A stretch of 64,000 bases of DNA, from assembly GCA_951406725.2 (NCBI GenBank), contig OX597819.1:77934001-77998000 (forward strand). The letters run 5' to 3'. Positions 39,973 to 54,778 of this stretch are shown here, one piece after another. The position numbers and the translations under genes are program-made. Numbering within the stretch: the stretch's first letter is position 1; the number at the start of each line of letters is the position of its first letter. The DNA comes from Octopus vulgaris. Lineage: Eukaryota. The notes beneath the pieces were generated by a model that was not told the origin of the DNA, ran no database searches, and worked only from the letters and a program-made list of their open reading frames with translations.

Positions 39973-40588
39973 GATTTATTAAAATCATCTCTGCCTCTGG
40001 AGAATGTTTCAATACCAAAAGGTAATTAAGCACAGCGGTATATAAGAAGGGGAGATAATCTGAACGATGAAAGGTATGTCTTCAAAGTTAACACGCCCCA
40101 TTAAGGAAATCATTTCGTTGTATAATATTTGATATACCTGTATTAGTCTATCTACTGTGAGTTATTTCTCTTGGCTCATTTTTGTTTCGGCTTTCGTTAA
40201 AACCAAATGATCGAGGAAGGTAAGCCTGAAAGTGATTATGCCACTTCACAATTTTAAGAGGTGATATTTTGCATGGAATTTCCAACATCTTTCGGCCAGC
40301 TGCTTTTGGGATCACAACTTGTACCCGTATTGATCTGTGCTTGCAGGTGGAAAACAGGGTCAGTTCCTCCAAAAAGTATCACTGTTAATTGCTAAACGTT
40401 AGCAACGCTTAAAATACTTGTAAAATACTTGCAAGCCATCTTATTGGTTACGTACACGCACAGCTTCGAAGGATTGTCTGGTAGGTGGCGGTTGGTTCAA
40501 TATTGCATACACTTCAATAATACATGCACATACACAAAAACACATACACACGCGCACACACGCAGACACGTGTATATGTGTGTGTGTA

Positions 40589-40637
<49 letters not shown>

Positions 40638-41003
40638 TATAATACACATTCACACACATATTTAGGAATAGAGAGAGAGAGAGAGAGACAGACAGACTGT
40701 CTGAAAACTATGGAAATATTTACCTATTTAAAGACTATGAAGATATCTACAAAACATTTCACTTAATTTTGTTCTCCAATTTAAATGTTTTTCTTATTTT
40801 ACTCCTATTTGAAAAAGTCTAAAAGGCGGAAACTGGTGTTAAAATGTGCTTCATGATAAAGTCATTTTAGCATTTTCCCCCTTGTCTTATTTTCCACATG
40901 TGTGTGTGTACATACATTCATCCATACATACATAAGAAGAGGAAAACAATTAATATATATATTCAGGATTAAATAAAGACAACAAACGGAAAACATGACA
41001 TAC

Positions 41004-41065
<62 letters not shown>

Positions 41066-41929
41066 ATAAAAACGGTAAGATAACAAAAGAAAGAAAGAGA
41101 CCTTGATATTATGTAAACAGAGGAAATTATCTGTAAATATAATATATATATATATATATATATAATTTTAAAAAAACGTGATATAAATTTTGTCGTAGAA
41201 TAACTAAACGAATGATAGAATTTCTATACCGAATAGTTTTATGTATTACTGATCCGTTCGACCCACCTTTTAAAAATTTTTTTTCGAAAACCAGTATTTC
41301 TCATTCATTCCATGTTTTTAAAATATCTGTTTTCACTTTGACTTTAAAACATAATTCCTTTGATATATATCCAAATAACTTGTTGAAAAAGGGGGGAAAA
41401 ATGCTTCGTAAAACAAAGATACATATTTTTTCTCCATTTTGTTGAAATAAAAGGAGAGAGAAAAAAAACCTTATCAGTGTCAGTTATTTCTGAGATATCG
41501 CAGCAGACACCGCTGAAGCAATCAATCAAAGAAACAGAGGCTCTAAATGTTAGGGTACTTGGATGTGGATGAGGTATGTGGACGGTGAATATTGACCAGA
41601 TGAACACAATTTAAGTTGGATAGATACGTCTTGTATATATACATCTGATAGATTAGACACAATGTGTAGATGTCAAGTAGAACAGAAGCAAAATGTAGAT
41701 TAATCGCAGATAATGTATGTGATCCCGACAGTATTTGGGAACAAGATTAAATACACAATCTTGTATAAAATGAATCCACTGTTATCGTTGTTGTTGTCGT
41801 CGTTGTTTTTTGTTGTTGCTTTTGTTGATCTCTAGGTAAGCTTTGTTTGAACACATCTATGTTTAAAGTTGTTACAGTTATGGCCATCACGTCCAAGGCA
41901 TTGTATATCTACAACGACATCCAATGCAT

Positions 41930-42105
41930 TAGTAAAGTTCCTTCCAGAATCATACAAACTCATAAGTACTGGTTTCCCGGTTTCTATGGCATATATATTC
42001 CCCAGCTGGATGGGACACCGGTCCGTCGCAAGATTACTCAGGAATCGAAACCACAATCTTACGATCACGAGGCCAACACCCTAACCACTAAAGCCACGCG
42101 CCTCC
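41930..42105 (-). mobile_element. SINE family D (tRNA head + Meta-like domain), internally deleted
   Basis: Minus: GGCGCGTGGCTTTAGTGGTTAGGGTG...GGTTTCGATTCC...TGCGACGGACCGGTGTCCCATCCAG. Confidence 0.8.
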
Positions 42106-42113
42106 AACCAGTG

Positions 42114-42426
42114 CAGGGTGTCCATAAATTATCTTTACATCTTCCACATCTTATCGTCGAGATTGTGTTGCATGCAACCAATGGAACCCACTTGGAAGTT
42201 TTCTGATGTTTCAAATAAAATTTAATTTATTCTTTTATTCTTTTACTTGTTTCAGTCATTTGACTGCGGCCAAGCATCAGTCGGGAAATGAACCCGGGCC
42301 ACCCGCGTGGCAGGTGAGCAGTCTACTACTTTCTATGTTTTCCAATAAACTGTGCTTAGTTATCCTTATTTTTAATTTTTCTTTACAGAATTTTTCAAAT
42401 TGTAAGGGTATTTCAAAGACACCCTG
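42114..42426. mobile_element. Tc1/mariner-type MITE
   Basis: Imperfect 26-bp TIRs CAGGGTGTC...TTACA and TGTAA...GACACCCTG followed by TA. Confidence 0.65.
42274..42328 (-). pseudogene. tRNA-Gly(GCC) pseudogene fragment
   Basis: Minus: GTAGACTGCTCACCTGCCACGCGGGTGGCCCGGGTTCATTTCCCGACTGATGC, close to eukaryotic tRNA-Gly-GCC; the 5' end is missing. Confidence 0.8.
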
Positions 42427-42717
42427 TATATCGTTCACATCTTCCCGGTGGTATTTATGAAATTATTTTGGCTGCATTTTTTAACAATTTTTGTAACCAC
42501 GCACAAACTTGAAATTTCCTTACTTTTTGCTAAGAAATTCCAGTCACCAAAATAAATTTTAATAATAGTCACAGACGTTAATTACTGATCGATGTGGTTA
42601 GCCTTAGCCTGGAACTTAACTGAGAGCCACTACGGTATCCGCTCGGATAATATATCCCTTCAAGCTCGCACACACACACACACACATACATGCACACACA
42701 TATTTGCGTATATATGT

Positions 42718-42766
<49 letters not shown>

Positions 42767-43414
42767 CACGTATTATATGCATACATACATACGTGCATAC
42801 ATACATACATACATACATACATACATACATACATACATACATACATACATACATACAAACATACATACACATACGTTATTATCTTTCTAATCGTTACAAA
42901 TTCTAAAAATGACGAGTACCTCTGAAAAGTCATGTGTTACATCTTTGGTCATCGCCTTCATTATAGGTACGTTTCTGTTCTAAATTTGAAAGTATTTTTA
43001 TACTGAAGCCTACATCACACGAGTCAAATAATTCTGACGTTACAGTCACCGATTGTGGACGTTTCCAGGTGTAAACTACGTTCAGTGATTTCTGTCACGT
43101 TCCCGCTAACTTACGTTTCAAATTAACTAAGTTTATCTGTTCAGTTAGGAAATACTTTCCAAAACCTCTCTCATATTCTTGGCTCTTATCTCATGTCATG
43201 CATCATTCATATTTTTAAATAATTGGTCGTGATAAAGTTCTCCAAAAGCCCGTTAGATTAATTACGTATTCTGTTTTCCCTACTTTTCCTAATAACATGG
43301 AGAAAATTTTTATATAAATAGTAGTCCTTCCATATTCTTATCATATCAGTCAAGTGGTTGCAATTGGTTGCATAGAGTGATAAAAATATGACCATAATAT
43401 CTTGACATAATTTA

Positions 43415-43955
43415 AGGCGGTGAGCTGGCAAAACCGTTAGCACGCCGGGCGAAATGCTTAGCGGTATTTCGTCTGCTGCCACGTTCTGAGTTAAAATTCC
43501 GCCGAGGTCGACTTTGCCTTTCATCCTTTCGGGGTCGGTTAAATAAGTACCAGTTACGCACTGGGGTCGATATAATCGACTTAATCCGTTTGTCTGTCCT
43601 TGTTTGTCCTCTCTGTGTTTAGCTCCTTGTGGATAGTAAAGAAATGAGTTTTTCATCCGTCTTCACGTTCAGAGTTTAAATTCCGTCGAGGTCGACTTTA
43701 CCTTTTATTCTTTCGGGGTCGATAAAATAAGCACTAATTGAGTACTGGAGTCGATGAAACCGACTGTCCCCTCCCCCGAATTCCAGTCTTTGTGCCTACA
43801 GTAGAAAGGATAATTTAAGGCGGCTAGCTGGCAGAATCTTTACCACGCCGAGCAAAATGTCCCAGCCGCATTTCGTCCGCCCTCATGTTCCCATCGGGGT
43901 CAATAAAACAGGTGCCAGTTGAACGACTTACCTCATTCACGCAAAATTTGAAACA
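43415..43955 (+). mobile_element. SINE family B, dimer plus a third partial unit
   Basis: Units at ~43415-43650, 43655-43810 and 43819-43955. Confidence 0.9.
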
Positions 43956-44524
43956 CTCATTTTGACATAATCTATCAACTACTTAGGTGGTTGGCTGACT
44001 CGGAGAATTATCGAAATTAATAAAATTTAAAATCTAAATTTATATATTTATATCTTTCGACCTGGGAATAATCGCTATCTAAATATAACCAAGATTTTCT
44101 ATTGGATTTCTGGAAAGACATTTTTGGTGACTCCTTAAATATTTGTGGGCTGTTTTGATCGATAGATCAACATAGATTTTAGTTTTAAACGTTAAATTAA
44201 CAGTTCATTTCCACTCAAAAATTTTAGACAATCATTAACCCCGTTCAGCCCAAGTTGAAAATTCTCCTTCTTTGTTTATTGTATTAAGCATTTGTTTCTA
44301 AATTTTTTTCAACACAACCATTATGCTCAGTATTTTTTTCTTTTTTTATTACGGCAGCATAAATGGCTGCTCTAAAGTCCGCTCTTGCACTTTCCCCTAC
44401 AATCGAAGCCGTATAGAATCCAGAACAACCAGAAATTTCTTAATTTCATTTTCTTGTCTGTTTTCTTTCGACAGATAGCATACAGACAGACAGATGTCAT
44501 TTCGATCATTTGACTTCAAGTGTT

Positions 44525-44652
44525 CTTTTCTATTCTAGGCACAAGGCCCGAATTTTGTTTTATCAGTCGATTAGATCGACCCCAGTACGCAACTGGTACT
44601 TAATATATCGACCCCGAAAAGATGAAGCGCAAAGTCGGTCTCGGCGGAATTT
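44525..44652 (-). mobile_element. SINE family B fragment
   Basis: TCGACCCCAGTACGCAACTGGTACTTAA. Confidence 0.85.
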
Positions 44653-44869
44653 GGACTCATTTGACTTTAATATTGTCCTTTTGATTACATTCTTCGATCC
44701 AAGTTGACAAAATAAGTTCCAATACATTTATTGTTGGGGTTTTGCTTCCTTGCGTTTGGAATTTTGGTGAAGAAGTATCAATTTGTCCATTTTCGTTATA
44801 AAGCTTCGTTTTCTTTTGAGTAAAATTCTGCATTGTTCTCGACCTATTTTAGAATAAGTATAAAGTAGA

Positions 44870-45112
44870 GGTAAAGTTTCCATCTCGCGTCATACCGACT
44901 CATAAGGGCTGGTTTCATGGCGTGTAAATTCTCCACCTGGACGGAACACCGGTCCGTTGCAGGATTACTCACTTTTGCCAGCTGAGTGGATTGAAGCAAC
45001 ATGAAATGAAGTGTTTTGCTCAAAAACACAACGAGTCGCCCGGTCCAGGAATCGAAACCACAATCTTACGAACATGAGTCCAACACCCTAACCACTAAGC
45101 AACGCGCATCTA
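44870..45112 (-). mobile_element. SINE family D, full-length
   Basis: tRNA-like head, GTGTTTTTGAGCAAAACACTT, Meta-like CCTGCAACGGACCGGTGTTCCGTCCAGG. Confidence 0.85.
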
Positions 45113-45439
45113 CAAGTATAGGGATCATCACCATCATGTCTGCTATTTGTTACTAATTATTCTTCCAATCCTTTTAACATCCTCTTCTTTTTAGCGCTGT
45201 CGCTACTTGCACTGCTGACACTCTTTTCCAATCCATGATGATAGTCATCTGTGTATCATACTTAATGCAGATATATCGCGAAATGCAAATGAACTGCGGT
45301 GTTCGTCCAGCGATAATATCCCTTATGGACGCACTATGTTAAATAACACACAACTATATCAGTAGCAGACGGAAAATGTCGAGCAGCGACCGTGAGAATG
45401 TTAGATGTACATTTCTGTCTTGTTGGGTAGATATCGTTT

Positions 45440-45851
45440 GTCTTTTACTTGTTTCAGTCATTAGACTGTGGCCATACTGAGGCACTGCCTTGAAGAATTT
45501 TAGTTGAACGAATCTACACCAGTATTATTATTTATTTTTAAAGCCTGGTACTTATTCTATCGGTCTCTTTGGCCGAACCTCTAAGTTACGGGGACACTGT
45601 CATACCAACACCGGTTGTTAAGCGGTGGTGGGAGAACAAATACAGACACAAAGACACCCACTCATACATACATACATACATACATACATACATACATACA
45701 TACATACATACATACATACATACATACATACATACATGCATATACATGTATACATATCTATCCATTCGGTAATCTAAAGTGTGATAGAGCCTGGCTTCTA
45801 TTAGAGGCCCGCGAAACTTTAAGTTGCTGGAACCGAAATCAAACTGTTTTA

Positions 45852-45896
<45 letters not shown>

Positions 45897-46182
45897 GCAG
45901 TAAACACATAAATGTGAAACAAGGTGGAAAAAAAGAGTACTCAGAGTAACAAGTTTTGTAGAATTTTCTGCTGCTTTAAATAAAGTATATATATATATAT
46001 TTATATATATGCGCATAGAGAGAGAGAGAGAGAGAGAGATTTCCGTCTACCAAATCCACTTACAGGGTTTTCATCGGCTCAGCTCTATAACAGAAGACAC
46101 TCGTCTAAGGTGCCACGCAGTGGGAGTGAACACGGAACCATGTGGTCGATAAGCAAACTTCTTTACTACATAGCCACGCCTA
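45440..46182 (-). mobile_element. SINE family A split by internal microsatellites and insertions
   Basis: 3' half at 45440-45660, 5' half at 46039-46182. Confidence 0.75.
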
Positions 46183-46607
46183 CGGCTAGGCTGGAAATTT
46201 GCAAATACAATAAACATCAAATAATACGAATTGAATATCTTGGTTCACCAATTAATTCGGTTAATAGGTTGATACGTATTCACGAAAAACACAAAACTTA
46301 TATACATGTGCACAGGCACAGCGGAGAACAACAATGGTAAAATAAAATTAAAAAAAGTATCAAACCATTCCATTTAGCAGCAGCAGTAGTAAAAAGGAAT
46401 AAATAAATAGAAAAATAAATACACTGAAGAAATAGGACCCAATTTTTTTTGTTTCTGAAATTCCGTATACCGCGTTAAATAAAATTTTAGACACGACATT
46501 CAAATTTACGGCAAATTATCAACTGCTAAAATTCGACAGCTGGAGTATTCAAGGCATTGTTAGTAGGGGTGTTTCTGTATATTTTATAAACGCGTGTATA
46601 TATATCC

Positions 46608-46719
<112 letters not shown>

Positions 46720-46722
46720 TAG

Positions 46723-46763
<41 letters not shown>

Positions 46764-46848
46764 CATGCATATGTATATACGTATGTATGTATATATGTAT
46801 ATATATACATATATATATATACATATATATATATATACATATATACAT

Positions 46849-46900
<52 letters not shown>

Positions 46901-47367
46901 ATACATATATACATATATATACACATACATATATACATATATATACATGCATATCCATATATGCTTGCAAACATTAGAGAGAAGCATACACATGTACACG
47001 TGTATGTGTTTACATACAAACAGTGTGTATGCATGTTTATATATGTATATATGTATTTATTACAGGGATAAATTTCCTCCATTTTCTTATCGTCTCTATA
47101 TGTATTTATCTACATATATGTATGTATTTATGTATGCATGTATGTATGTATGCATGCATGTATGTATGTATGTATGTATGTATGTATGTATGAATGTATA
47201 AATGTATGTATGTATGTATGTATGCATGTATGTATGTATTGTCGTGTGTGGGTGCGTGTCAGTGACTGTATCAGTATGTGGTTGTTGGCAACATCAGTCA
47301 ATACGACAATGACAATTTTCAATAAGTGGTTCCCCACCTTCTTGCACACATACATACATTGCATTCG

Positions 47368-47462
<95 letters not shown>

Positions 47463-47861
47463 ACAAACACACACACACACGGTACACTCACACACATGCA
47501 CAGTATATCAACAGGCACAGCGCAGCTTCTGTTTTCTGTAGAGTAAGTAGTAATACCTCGGTCTGGTTCATTTTGGGAACTAATTTAATCACAGACAGTC
47601 GCAACTGACTTCTTGATTCTCTGCAAATGACCCATCCCCCTCTCTCTCTCTCTTTTTTTCTCTCTTCATCTCAACCTCCCTGCTCTCTCCCTCATTCTCT
47701 GCCTCTTTCTCTATCTCTTTCTTCCGCTCTCTATCTCAGTATCTATCTGTTTGTCTGTCTATATCTCAGCGAACCTATAATAATAGATCGCCTTATATTC
47801 ATTATAAGGGCCATATAATCTTGATCATTCCTTCCGCTGGCCCCGCCAGCTTTCGCTGCAT

Positions 47862-47933
<72 letters not shown>

Positions 47934-49597
47934 AAGCAAGTGCTGTCTCATAATTCTTATCACTACCACTACCGCCATCGTTGCGACTACCACTGTTGCC
48001 GTTTCTGCCAATACATCTCTCACAATAGGAAATAGCGTTGCTTTTAATAAAATAACAATGAGTGACATTGATGAAATAAAGATCTAGTTACATTCCACCA
48101 ACAGCACAACTTAAACGCTAAAATAGCCACGACTACAAACCACTTTACCTTTAAGATAACCACCACCACCAACAACAACAATAATAACTACAACGATACG
48201 GCGACACCAACAATATTGCCAGCACCATCGTCACTACCAGCCCTAGTATCAATGGAATCACTGCCACCACCAACAAGGACAAGAACAGCAACAACAGCAA
48301 TACAAAACGACATAGAAATTATGGAATGGTCAATTTAAACATCATTGATCTAAATAACTGCTCCATGCATCTTGATCTTGGCATTTTTGGCACGGCATTT
48401 CACACTCTGTAATTTCTTGCCATAAACAAGAGTTCCAGGTATAAAGTTGAGCTAATAATATTTTAGAATCGCTCAATCGTATTTAAAGCCGTTTGGACTT
48501 CGTAGAATGCCAAAGAAGACAAGTGCCATGATGCCCTACCAACAAAAGAATGTTCCATGTCCGTACATGAAGACCATCTATTATCATTGTGAAAAAGGTG
48601 GTTGTTGCGGACGGTAAAGGCGAGAAAGTCGAACGCCGAGATGTCGAGAAAAATATAGCTATTTGCCATGTCTTCCATATCGCCATTTTGTAATATTTCT
48701 CACTGCGTTTTATTTTACATCTTTGGTCCTCCCCATCTCTTTCTCTATCTTTCCCTCAATCTTTCTTTTGTCTATATATGTGTGTGTGCATATATGTATG
48801 TATGTACGTGGGTTATGTGTTTCTGTGTGTCGATGCATGTATATGTTATCAAACAGCAGTGTGAACGGGCATATGAACATGAAACTTAAGTAACAGTATA
48901 CAGCTTAGGCGAATCAATATAATTATACTCTAAACTATGTACTGCGTACACTTTCTCTTGATCGTGAGTATATGCATATATATGTATGCATGAATGCATG
49001 TATGTATTTATGTATGAATGCATGCATGCATGTATATATGTATATGCATATATACACACGTATATTTCTATGTTATACATATATATATATATATATGTAT
49101 GTATGCATGCATGAATGTATATATGAATGTATGTATGTATGTATGTGTGTGTGTATGCAAGTATGTATATGCGTATTTATGCATATACTTCACAGCTTGT
49201 CTCCTCCAAACGTCTTTGTATTATCTCTTACAACTTCTCTTTGTTCCCAGCTCCTTTCTATTTGTACCTCTCTATCTGTTATTTCGCCCCCCCCCCCTCA
49301 AACTGTTTTCTGTTTATCTTTTCTTCTAATTCCCAACACAAATCTGTTTGTCTTTCTATACATCTACATATTGCCACTTTTCCTTCCTATATGTACCTGA
49401 TATGCTCCTACTCACTTTCTGTCTAGTCTCTCTCTATACAGACACACACACACACACATGTGTTTGTATGTATTTACATACATACAAACATGCATACATA
49501 CATACATACAAACATACATGCATACATACATACATACATACATACATACATACATACATACATACATACATACATGCATGCATGCATGCATACATAC

Positions 49598-49637
<40 letters not shown>

Positions 49638-49644
<7 letters not shown>

Positions 49645-49787
49645 GTAAGTAGCTTGTTTACCAACCACATGGTTCCGAGTTCAGTCCCTCTGCGTGGCAC
49701 CTTGGGCAAGTGTCTCCTACTATAGCCTCGGGCCAACCAAAGCCTCGTGAGTGGATTTCGTAGACGGAAACTGAAAGAAGACTGCCG

Positions 49788-49825
<38 letters not shown>

Positions 49826-50146
49826 GTTGAAATTTACAGAGAAAAAAAAGACGAAGACAGGTGCATGAACAACAAGCAGGTGTAATAGTTTGACGCTCGT
49901 GAAGGTGAGAAAGCCTTTTACGGTTCGAGCCCTACGTTCTTCAACAGAAAGGAATACGAGGAAATAAACAGAGAGAGAATAAAAAAACTTTTGGAGTTAG
50001 CAGCGGTCAATCAATATATGTTTGTGTGTCTGTCTTTCTCTCTTCAGGATCGCCTTTTTGAACCGCTAGGTTACTGGGACATAAACGTACCACCATCCGT
50101 TGTCAACTGAGGGCGGGGAAAATCAAACACAGACATACACACACAC

Positions 50147-50177
<31 letters not shown>

Positions 50178-50346
50178 TGTATGTATGTATGTATGTATGT
50201 ATGTATGTATGTATGTGTGTATGTTTATATTATATATATATGTATGGACTGAACCTGGAACCATGTGGTTGGGAAGCAAGCCATGCCTGCACCTGCGTAT
50301 ATGTGCATGTGTTGTTGAGCGTGCATCTGTGTATGTGTGTGTGCTC

Positions 50347-50381
<35 letters not shown>

Positions 50382-50580
50382 CGTGCGCATGCGCGTCTTT
50401 GTGCCTGTGTTTGTCACCCCCATTTACGTCCCCGTAACTTAAGTTTCTGCAAAAGATACCGATAGAATAAATACCAGACTTACAAAGAATAAGTCGTGGG
50501 GTGTAGTTTTTCTTTGGCTAAAAAAGCGGTGCTCCAGCATGGCCGCAGTCAAATGACTGAAGCAAATAAAAGAATAAAGG
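49638..50580 (+). mobile_element. SINE family A halves (49638-49790, 50390-50580) with nested fragments
   Basis: A Penelope-like fragment (49825-50015) and opposite-strand SINE pieces lie between the halves. Confidence 0.75.
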
Positions 50581-50802
50581 AATATATATGAGGATTATTT
50601 TATAAATTCATTAAACCGAAAAGCAATTTCGTTAAACCGAAGAATAAAAATAGGGCTGCAGCTGAAAGTGCTCAGATGACACTGAGGCGAAGGGCGAAAT
50701 ATATTGAAAGGTATAATGAATAAACGCTCTAATTGGTCAAAACAACTTTATAACATTCGCATATTATCATAAATCGAATATAAATATATATTAAAACATC
50801 AG

Positions 50803-50965
50803 GGCAGGAGTGGCGGTCTGGTAAGTAGCTTGTTTACCAACCACATGGTTCCGGGTTCAGTCCCACTGCGTGGCACCTTGGGCAAGTGTCTTCTACTATA
50901 GCCTCGGGCCGACCAAAGCCTTGTGAGTGGATTTGGTAGACGGAAACTGAAAGAAGCCCGTCGTA

Positions 50966-51053
<88 letters not shown>

Positions 51054-51260
51054 TGTGTCTGTGTTTGTCCCCCTAGCATTGCTTAACAACCGATGCTGGT
51101 GTATTTATGTCCCCGTTACTCAGCGGTTCGGCAAAAGAGACCGATAGAATAAGTACTGGGCTTACAAAAGAATAAGTCCCGGGGTCGAGTTGCTCAATTA
51201 AAAGGCGGTGCTCCAGCATGGCCGCAGTCAAATGACTGAAACAAGTAAAAGAGTAAAAGA
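50803..51260 (+). mobile_element. SINE family A, full-length reference-like copy
   Basis: GGCAGGAGTGGC...GGTTCAGTCCC...CCTTGGGCAAGT...(TA)n(TG)n...AGTAAAAGAGTAAAAGA tail. Confidence 0.96.
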
Positions 51261-51499
51261 CATATATACGAATAAATATATACGAATAAAACGTGATGAA
51301 ACCTAAAAGGGTAATACGAGTGAAGACGAATGAGGAAAAATATATGAATTAAATTAATGCATAATAAAAGCGACGAAAAATCTAAGGCAATGAAACCAAA
51401 ATAATATGTATATACGCTTACACACACGTAATGTGTATATACAAATATATGTACAATAATGTGTGCGTGTAAGAATATATATGTGTGCATATGTATATA

Positions 51500-51731
51500 T
51501 ATTTCTTTACTACCCACAAGGGGCTAAACACAGAGGGGACAAACAAGGACAGACAAAGCGATTAAGTCGATTCCATCGGCCCCAGTGCGTAACTGGTACT
51601 TAATTTATCGACCCCGAAAGGATGAAAGGCAAAGTCAACCTCGGCGGAATTTGAACCCAGAACGTAACGGCAGACGAAATACGGCTACGCATTTCGCCCG
51701 GCGTGCTACCTTTTCTGCCAGTTCGCCGCCT
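51500..51731 (-). mobile_element. SINE family B, full monomer
   Basis: Reverse complement of 8148-8380. Confidence 0.93.
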
Positions 51732-52574
51732 GTGCATATGTATATATGTATGTTTGCATCTGGTTCTTTTTCTCCTCCTTTGGGCCATCATTCACCCTTT
51801 CAATTTTAGCATAATCTTGGAAATTTGGATTTCGTTATGACGATCACCTGTAACAAAGTTTGAATTAGAATCAGCTGTACTTTGATCCAGGAAAGTTGAT
51901 AGTCTATCATGTCGCTCAAATGATAATGGCTATGATGCTGAAAGAATATTTTGTAAAGTTAAAATATATTTTGTGTGCTAGATTCTTAAATTCTTCATCA
52001 ATAATTCAGCGATCTCATCATTCTCGTTTATTTTTTCCTTCTTTCTTTTCCAACTGCATTGCTGTTGAGTGCGTCACTGACCTTCCCAACAGAACACGGT
52101 TTTATTTTCTGGTCTCAAACAATAATATTAGGTAGGATGCGCTTCAATTTAGTTTATCAATTAATAAACTCCACCATTTTTTTTTCATATATCGCTTTCA
52201 ATGCCAACAGACTACAAGGTAATGCTTTCAAGATGTGACAGCAATTGAGTGATTTTTGAAAGATCAAGGCACTATTTAAATGATAGCAACACATGTACCT
52301 TGTGCACACCGGAGAAAAAGCTGAAAGGCTGGAAGACTTATTAAAAAATACAGAAAAAAAAATTCATTGCAACCAGTGTTAATCTGAAGATTTCGGAAAA
52401 TGTAAAGATGCAATTAAATACATCACACGTAAAGGATGTGTGCATGTATGCCTATTTTTCGGATATATGCATATGCCTTTATGCTATATTTACCCTAATT
52501 TACAACACCTTCTACGTATTTCTATCTACCAAGTTGTTACAACGTACCATTTCCTTTCTCTTCCGTTTTCTACC

Positions 52575-53015
52575 TCCATTCTTTTAGAGGTCAGCTGTCC
52601 AGTGAATGTGAATTTACAATCAAAAGTACAGGAAAAAGAGAACATTTATGGTATATTAATGCGGAACTTACAGCTCTTGTTCGCTGACTATGGATTCTGT
52701 TTTGTACCTATCATCATAGGTACATTAGGTTATGTATCCACAAATTTTCACAAGTACCTACAAATACCGACACGGATTCACCAGATCCAATCTGTTAGTG
52801 GCACTGTGAAGATATGTAAGACATCCCTAAAATTCTCTACCTGAGATTCTTTAAGTGAATAGACGCGTACACTTGCATGTATGCATCGACAGTTCAACCA
52901 ATGCGCCAACTCAACCATACGTTAACAAACACTGGAGCCCTCTTAACTCAAAAAGTCATGACGCTTTGTAAGCTTGGACTCTCTCATGAAAAACTTGAAT
53001 AAAACTCTAAGAAAA
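52575..53015 (+). mobile_element. 3' end of an RLE-type non-LTR retrotransposon (R4/Dong-like)
   Basis: ILLEVSCPVNVNLQSKVQEKENIYG...FVPIIIGTLGYV...SGTVKICKTSLKF* fits the C-terminus of a restriction-like endonuclease domain. Confidence 0.75.
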
Positions 53016-53023
53016 CTCGTATA

Positions 53024-53055
<32 letters not shown>

Positions 53056-53082
53056 ATGTGTGTATGTGTATGTGTATTTATA

Positions 53083-53321
53083 TTCTCTTTTATTCTTTCA
53101 CTTGTTTCAGTCATTTGACTGCGGCCATGTTGGGGCACCGCCTTCAGTCGAGGAAATCGACGACAGGACTTATTCTTTGTAAGCCTAGTACTTAGTCTAT
53201 CGATCTCTTTTGCCGAACCGCTAAGTAACGGGGACGTAAACACACCAGCATCGGTTGTCAAACGATGATGGGGAACAAACACACACACACAAACACACAT
53301 GCACCCCCCCACACACACACA

Positions 53322-53369
<48 letters not shown>

Positions 53370-53531
53370 CGACGGGCTTCTTTCAGTTTTCGTCTACAAA
53401 TCCACTCACAAGGCTTTGGTCGCCCGAGGCTATAGTAGAAGACACTTGCCCAAGGTGTCAAGGAGTGGGACTGCACCCAGAACCATGTGGTTGGTAAGCA
53501 AGCTATTTACCACACAGCCACTCCTGCGCCT
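53083..53531 (-). mobile_element. SINE family A, full-length
   Basis: Reverse complement of the 50803-51260 type. Confidence 0.95.
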
Positions 53532-53756
53532 ATACATAATATATACATACGTATGTATGTATGTATGTATTTATTTATATATATATATATCTGTGTGCAT
53601 AAAGAAAGAGAGAAGGAGAGAGATACAAAGGTTGACATTTCTCTCTATCTTTGTCAGAGATATGCAGAAAGACAGGTATCTACCTTGCATTCTACTCCTC
53701 TAAGTCCCCATTTCTGTTTCTGTCAGAATTTTCTACCTTCCTCTCGTCCCCTCGGG

Positions 53757-53827
<71 letters not shown>

Positions 53828-53828
53828 G

Positions 53829-53864
<36 letters not shown>

Positions 53865-54054
53865 GTCTGTCTGTCTGTCTGTTTGCCTCTCTGCCTCACA
53901 TTTCGCATCAATCTCACCCTGTTCTGTTGTTTGTTTGTTTCTTTCTTTCCCATAGCTCATCCAATCTCACCTCTTTCACTGTGTTTCTCTGCCTCTCTGT
54001 GTACCACATTTCTCTCTCTTTGTATATCCTTCAACCCTTTTCCCCACTCCCCAT

Positions 54055-54088
<34 letters not shown>

Positions 54089-54778
54089 TCTCTTACACTC
54101 ACATACAAACATACAAACACACATACGCGCACACATCTCCCAACGATTACCACTCATTTGCTTGCTCGATCCCGCCCGGACCACATTCTCTTTATTTTAA
54201 CTCCCTCTCTCCTATTTCCGGAAACAGGTTTACTGACATTATAACCCGCCCAACACTGACCTGTGACTCAACCCCCTTTATAATTCACTATTTTGTTGTT
54301 CATGTAAACGTGTGTCGGGGGTCCGTTCCGCATGTTTTTCGTCATCTTGCACGGAACGGCTATGATTAGCACTGCCACCTACTGTTGTTGTCCCCTTTCT
54401 TGTCATATACATAGATAAACACACAGAGAGACACACACACGCGTATGCGCGCGTATACAGCTGAGGATGTGTGAGCATGGCGGTGATAATGGAATAAATG
54501 GACAGAAAATATGTATAAAAATGAAAAAAGATTATGTCTACCTTAACCAGTCAGTCTAACTTCACTACATTGCCTAGCTTAATTATACTCTCTTACATAT
54601 ACTTTCACTTAACAGCTCGTTAGATTTCGCTCGCTCCTTCTCAGCGGACAGCTGAGGCGAAGTAAGTTAATACTGATGAGACTTTAAAGAAAGCCGATAC
54701 TAGTCAATCCAATCGTTCATCAGGTTCGCTGAAATCCTTGTAGTTTAAATGAGGGTAGTTATTTCCACAATCAATGTA

